NCBI RefSeq assembly: GCF_004010195.1
Contig: NW_025214993.1
Coordinates: forward strand, 1-49,914
Direction of reading: 5' to 3'
Source of the DNA: Chiloscyllium plagiosum
Taxonomy: Eukaryota
Length of the DNA stretch: 49,914 nt
Translations under genes and position numbers: made by a program
In this document: in pieces, positions 46,880-49,914 of the stretch
Layout of the letters: every line of letters begins with the position of its first letter
Position numbering within the stretch: position 1 is the first letter of the stretch
Notes under the pieces: model-generated
Seen by the model: the letters and a program-made list of their open reading frames with translations, nothing else
Databases searched by the model: none
Told to the model about the DNA's origin: nothing

Positions 46880-49800
46880 TTTTAAAACCAGCTATGAATT
46901 ACTGCTCGCCTGTCTACTCTTAGCCTTATCTGTTAGAAAAATCCTTGTTCCTTTTGTTCGAGGCGTTTCAAGAACTTCCCTCCTATTACCATTTTATTTA
47001 CATCATTGAAATACTTACTGTGCCTTCCCCTGCGAGGAAACATGTAAAACATGGGTGCAAATTATCTGTCTGCTCCCTGTAGCCAATTCTTCAGTCACAC
47101 CCTCCAATTATCCTCAGTATACTTTCCTACTTAATTTCACCGAAGGTTGCACACTCTTCTTGAACTTTTTTTAATATGCGCTGAAAAGCTCATGCTGCTT
47201 GTTTTTGTATTTCTTGCCAATTTACTGAATCATGTCTTTTCTCCCCTTTTCCTCGGTTTCTAGATTCATACAGTCATATCGTGCACAAACAGACCCTTTG
47301 GTCCAGCTTGTCCATGCTGACCAGGTTTTCCAAACTAAACTAGTCCCATCTGATTGCAATTTGTCCATATGCCTCTAAGCTTTACCCATTCATATGTTTG
47401 TCCTATTGAGTTTTAAATGTTGTAGCTGTACTTGCACCTCCCACTCTTCCTCTGACAGCTCATTCCATATACACACATCACCATCTGTGTGAAAACATTG
47501 ACCTTTCGTCCATTTCAAATCTTCCCTCTTTCACCTTAAACCTATGCCTTCTATGGTTGAACTCCCCCATCCCGTGGAAAAGACCTTGGCTGGTCACTCA
47601 ATTCAAACCTCATGATTTTATAAACTTCTGCAATATCTTCCCTCAACCTCCTACACGCTATCTGACACTAACTTCACGAACAAACATTTAAAGATAAGCA
47701 CTGCAAATTTGAAACAGTATTCAAATGACAGGTAAATAACACTCAGCCCAAGCTTCCTACTGTGATTTGCTTGTCTTCATGTTACAATACTAAGGCAGCA
47801 GGAAACTCTTACGAGTACCAATAAGAGGTCAAACACCTGAATTGCTTTGTCCAAATCGTGTGATGATCTCTACAGTGAAAGCGCATCTCTGGTCTGAACC
47901 ATACAAGAAGGGGAATTCTTGTATCACACAGTCAGCGTTGGCCTTTAGCAGAGTGAGGTGAAGGCTGAGTATACGTTTTGAAATTTGGATCACAGTGTGA
48001 ATTCAGTGCAAAGGGGGAGGGGTGTTTTCAATAAGGTTTACTCCAAGAAAGAAACTTTCCAGAATGAGATGTGAGTGGGAGGTGTAAAACAGCATGAATG
48101 GAGAGGCCGAACCATACTGAGACCAGAGGCAAAGTGGCAGCACAAAACGCAGCTTGATGCTACAGCAGAGTAGGTGGACTTGATTAAAGAGTTTCAGGTG
48201 AAGTGGGCAGGGACCATAATGTGAGAGAATGTACTCTGTAATTTGAGAGAAAGAACCTGGAACCAGGAAGGGGAGACGAGCAGGGAAGAGGATGGAGCAG
48301 AAATGGCAGTGTTTTCTGTGGGGTAAATCAGGAAGCACAGCTGAAATTCATGCATGACATCAGCCTATGGTCCCTGAAATAAACATTATAAATCTGGCCC
48401 TCCACTAATGTTCATCAATAGTATCCTTGAGAGGTTTTGTCAACCATGGGTGGTTCACCTGCTTATCGAGTTCTTCTTTTTGAACAGAAACGATAATTAC
48501 TGAGCAGTTTGGGATATCTGTTTGAATGTCTGCTCATGTATACTCACTGGCCTTCCTCTTGGTCTATTTTCACATTCTGCTTCAGACCAGATGTGAGGCA
48601 GAAATCCTCAATTTGGAGGCCTGGTTCTTTTCAATCATTCAGGGGGAACTTCTGCATGTGGCTGAGCACATGATCAGCGGAGGCTGACTCCATTCTCCAA
48701 GTTTCTCCATATCTGTTATTTCTGTTTGATGATGCCACATTCCTGTGAGCTGCGTCTAACGTGACATCACTTTCCTTCAAACCAGAAACCCCCTAACTCT
48801 GGTGGACAGGACCTTCAGCTGTCACTGTCCCATCCCCCACGGTGTTGCCCTCAATCCATCCCCTCTATCCCAGAAAAATGATAGATTCCTCCTTGTCCAC
48901 ACTTCTTCCTGCACGAGAATCCACATTCCCATAATCAACTTACGCCATTTCCACCATCTCCAACAGGACAGAACCATCAAACACATCTTCCCCTCCCGCC
49001 CACTGTCTGTATTTCGCAGGAACCGTTTCCTCTCTGTCCCCTCCATCACCCAGAACACTTCCCCACTCCCCCATGGTACCTTCCCATACAATTGCAGAAG
49101 CTGCAACACTTGGTCATTCACCTCTTCCCGCCTCACTGCCCAAGGAACCAAACATACCTTCCAGGTGAAGCAGCATTTCACTTGTAAATTTTCAGTCTGG
49201 TCTCCTATCATTGCTGCTCACAATGCAGTCTCTCCATATTGGCGATACCAAACAGAGATTGCTTTGAGGAACACTCCCAATCTGTCTGTGGAAATAATCC
49301 TGACCTCCTCATTGCTTCCCATTTCAATAACCTACCTTGCTCTCATGCTAACATTTCAGCCTTGGGCTGCTGCAATGTTCCAAGGAAGCACAACCCAAGC
49401 TCGAGTAACAACTCACTTTACACTTTCGTACGTTATATCCTGTTGGATTTAATGTACAATTTCACAACTTCACAGTCTGACCCCATTATAACTGTTCTGC
49501 AGTTTCTGTACATTCTCCCTCCTGGCCTTCCTATGACCTTGTGTAGTTGTATGTTCTTTATCGTTCACTCAATAGATAGAACCCTTTTTCACCATTCACA
49601 TTTTAATTATTAGGCTACTTCACATGTTCTTCTCGTTCACCACTACTAAAAGCATGTTTATCTTTTGCCACACCCTCTTTTACCCGTCAACCCACTCCCC
49701 ACATCTGTCAAGGGATTATAAAGCTCATTTTCCAATCCTTTTCAGTTCTGAAGAAGTGTCATACTGGACTTGAAACGCTAACTCTGTTTCTCTGTCTCTG

Positions 49801-49914
49801 CAGATGATACCAGACCTGTTGAGTTTCTCGAGAAATGAATAGGCTCAGAACAAATTTTCAATTAAACAAATAACTATGGATACTGGGAATGAAAATGCAA
49901 AAATTGCTGGAGAA
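46880..49914. repeat. Segmental duplication copy C (paralogous to 39710-41083 plus 45050-45503, and to 7289-8460)
   Basis: TAAAACCAGCTATGAATT, CATGGGTGGTTCA, ATGTGGCTGAxCACATG and CAAGCTCGAGTAACA are shared in the same order. Confidence 0.85.
48730..49830 (+). mobile_element. Penelope-like element 3' portion: GIY-YIG region and terminal repeat with a mutated hammerhead (49744-49783)
   Basis: DRFLLVHT...INLRHFHHLQQDRTIKHIFPSRPLSVFRR...HGTFPYNCRSCNTW...KHTFQVKQHFTC; CSQCSLSILAI; AGTT-CTGAAGA-...-GAAAC-GCT-AACT. Confidence 0.88.

Overview
Eukaryotic, repeat-saturated genomic DNA from a cartilaginous fish. The HE1-type tRNA-derived SINEs, HER1/CR1 LINEs and the GPR139-like receptor exon are all shark-typical; a carpet shark such as Chiloscyllium is plausible but cannot be proven from sequence alone. 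There are seven N gaps. Most of the sequence is decayed retroelements: many CR1-clade LINE fragments, including two with an ORF1 SGNH esterase, a 5'-truncated L1-clade ORF2 (729-4555, minus), HE1-like SINEs, a second SINE family and Penelope-like (GIY-YIG) elements. The only convincing host coding piece is exon 1 of a GPR139-like orphan class-A GPCR (36684-36900, minus). Its N-terminus is built from 42-bp tandem repeats and its large second exon is not visible. The best leads are four: (i) short Penelope-derived inserts carrying minimal hammerhead-ribozyme cores, two with perfect 14-bp target-site duplications and one with an empty paralogous site in the window; (ii) a Mutator-type (MULE) transposase relic with subterminal repeats; (iii) a three-copy segmental duplication; (iv) a minisatellite born inside a CR1 RT. 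I found no intact novel protein-coding system. All family assignments are by motif recognition without database searches, and TE boundaries are approximate.
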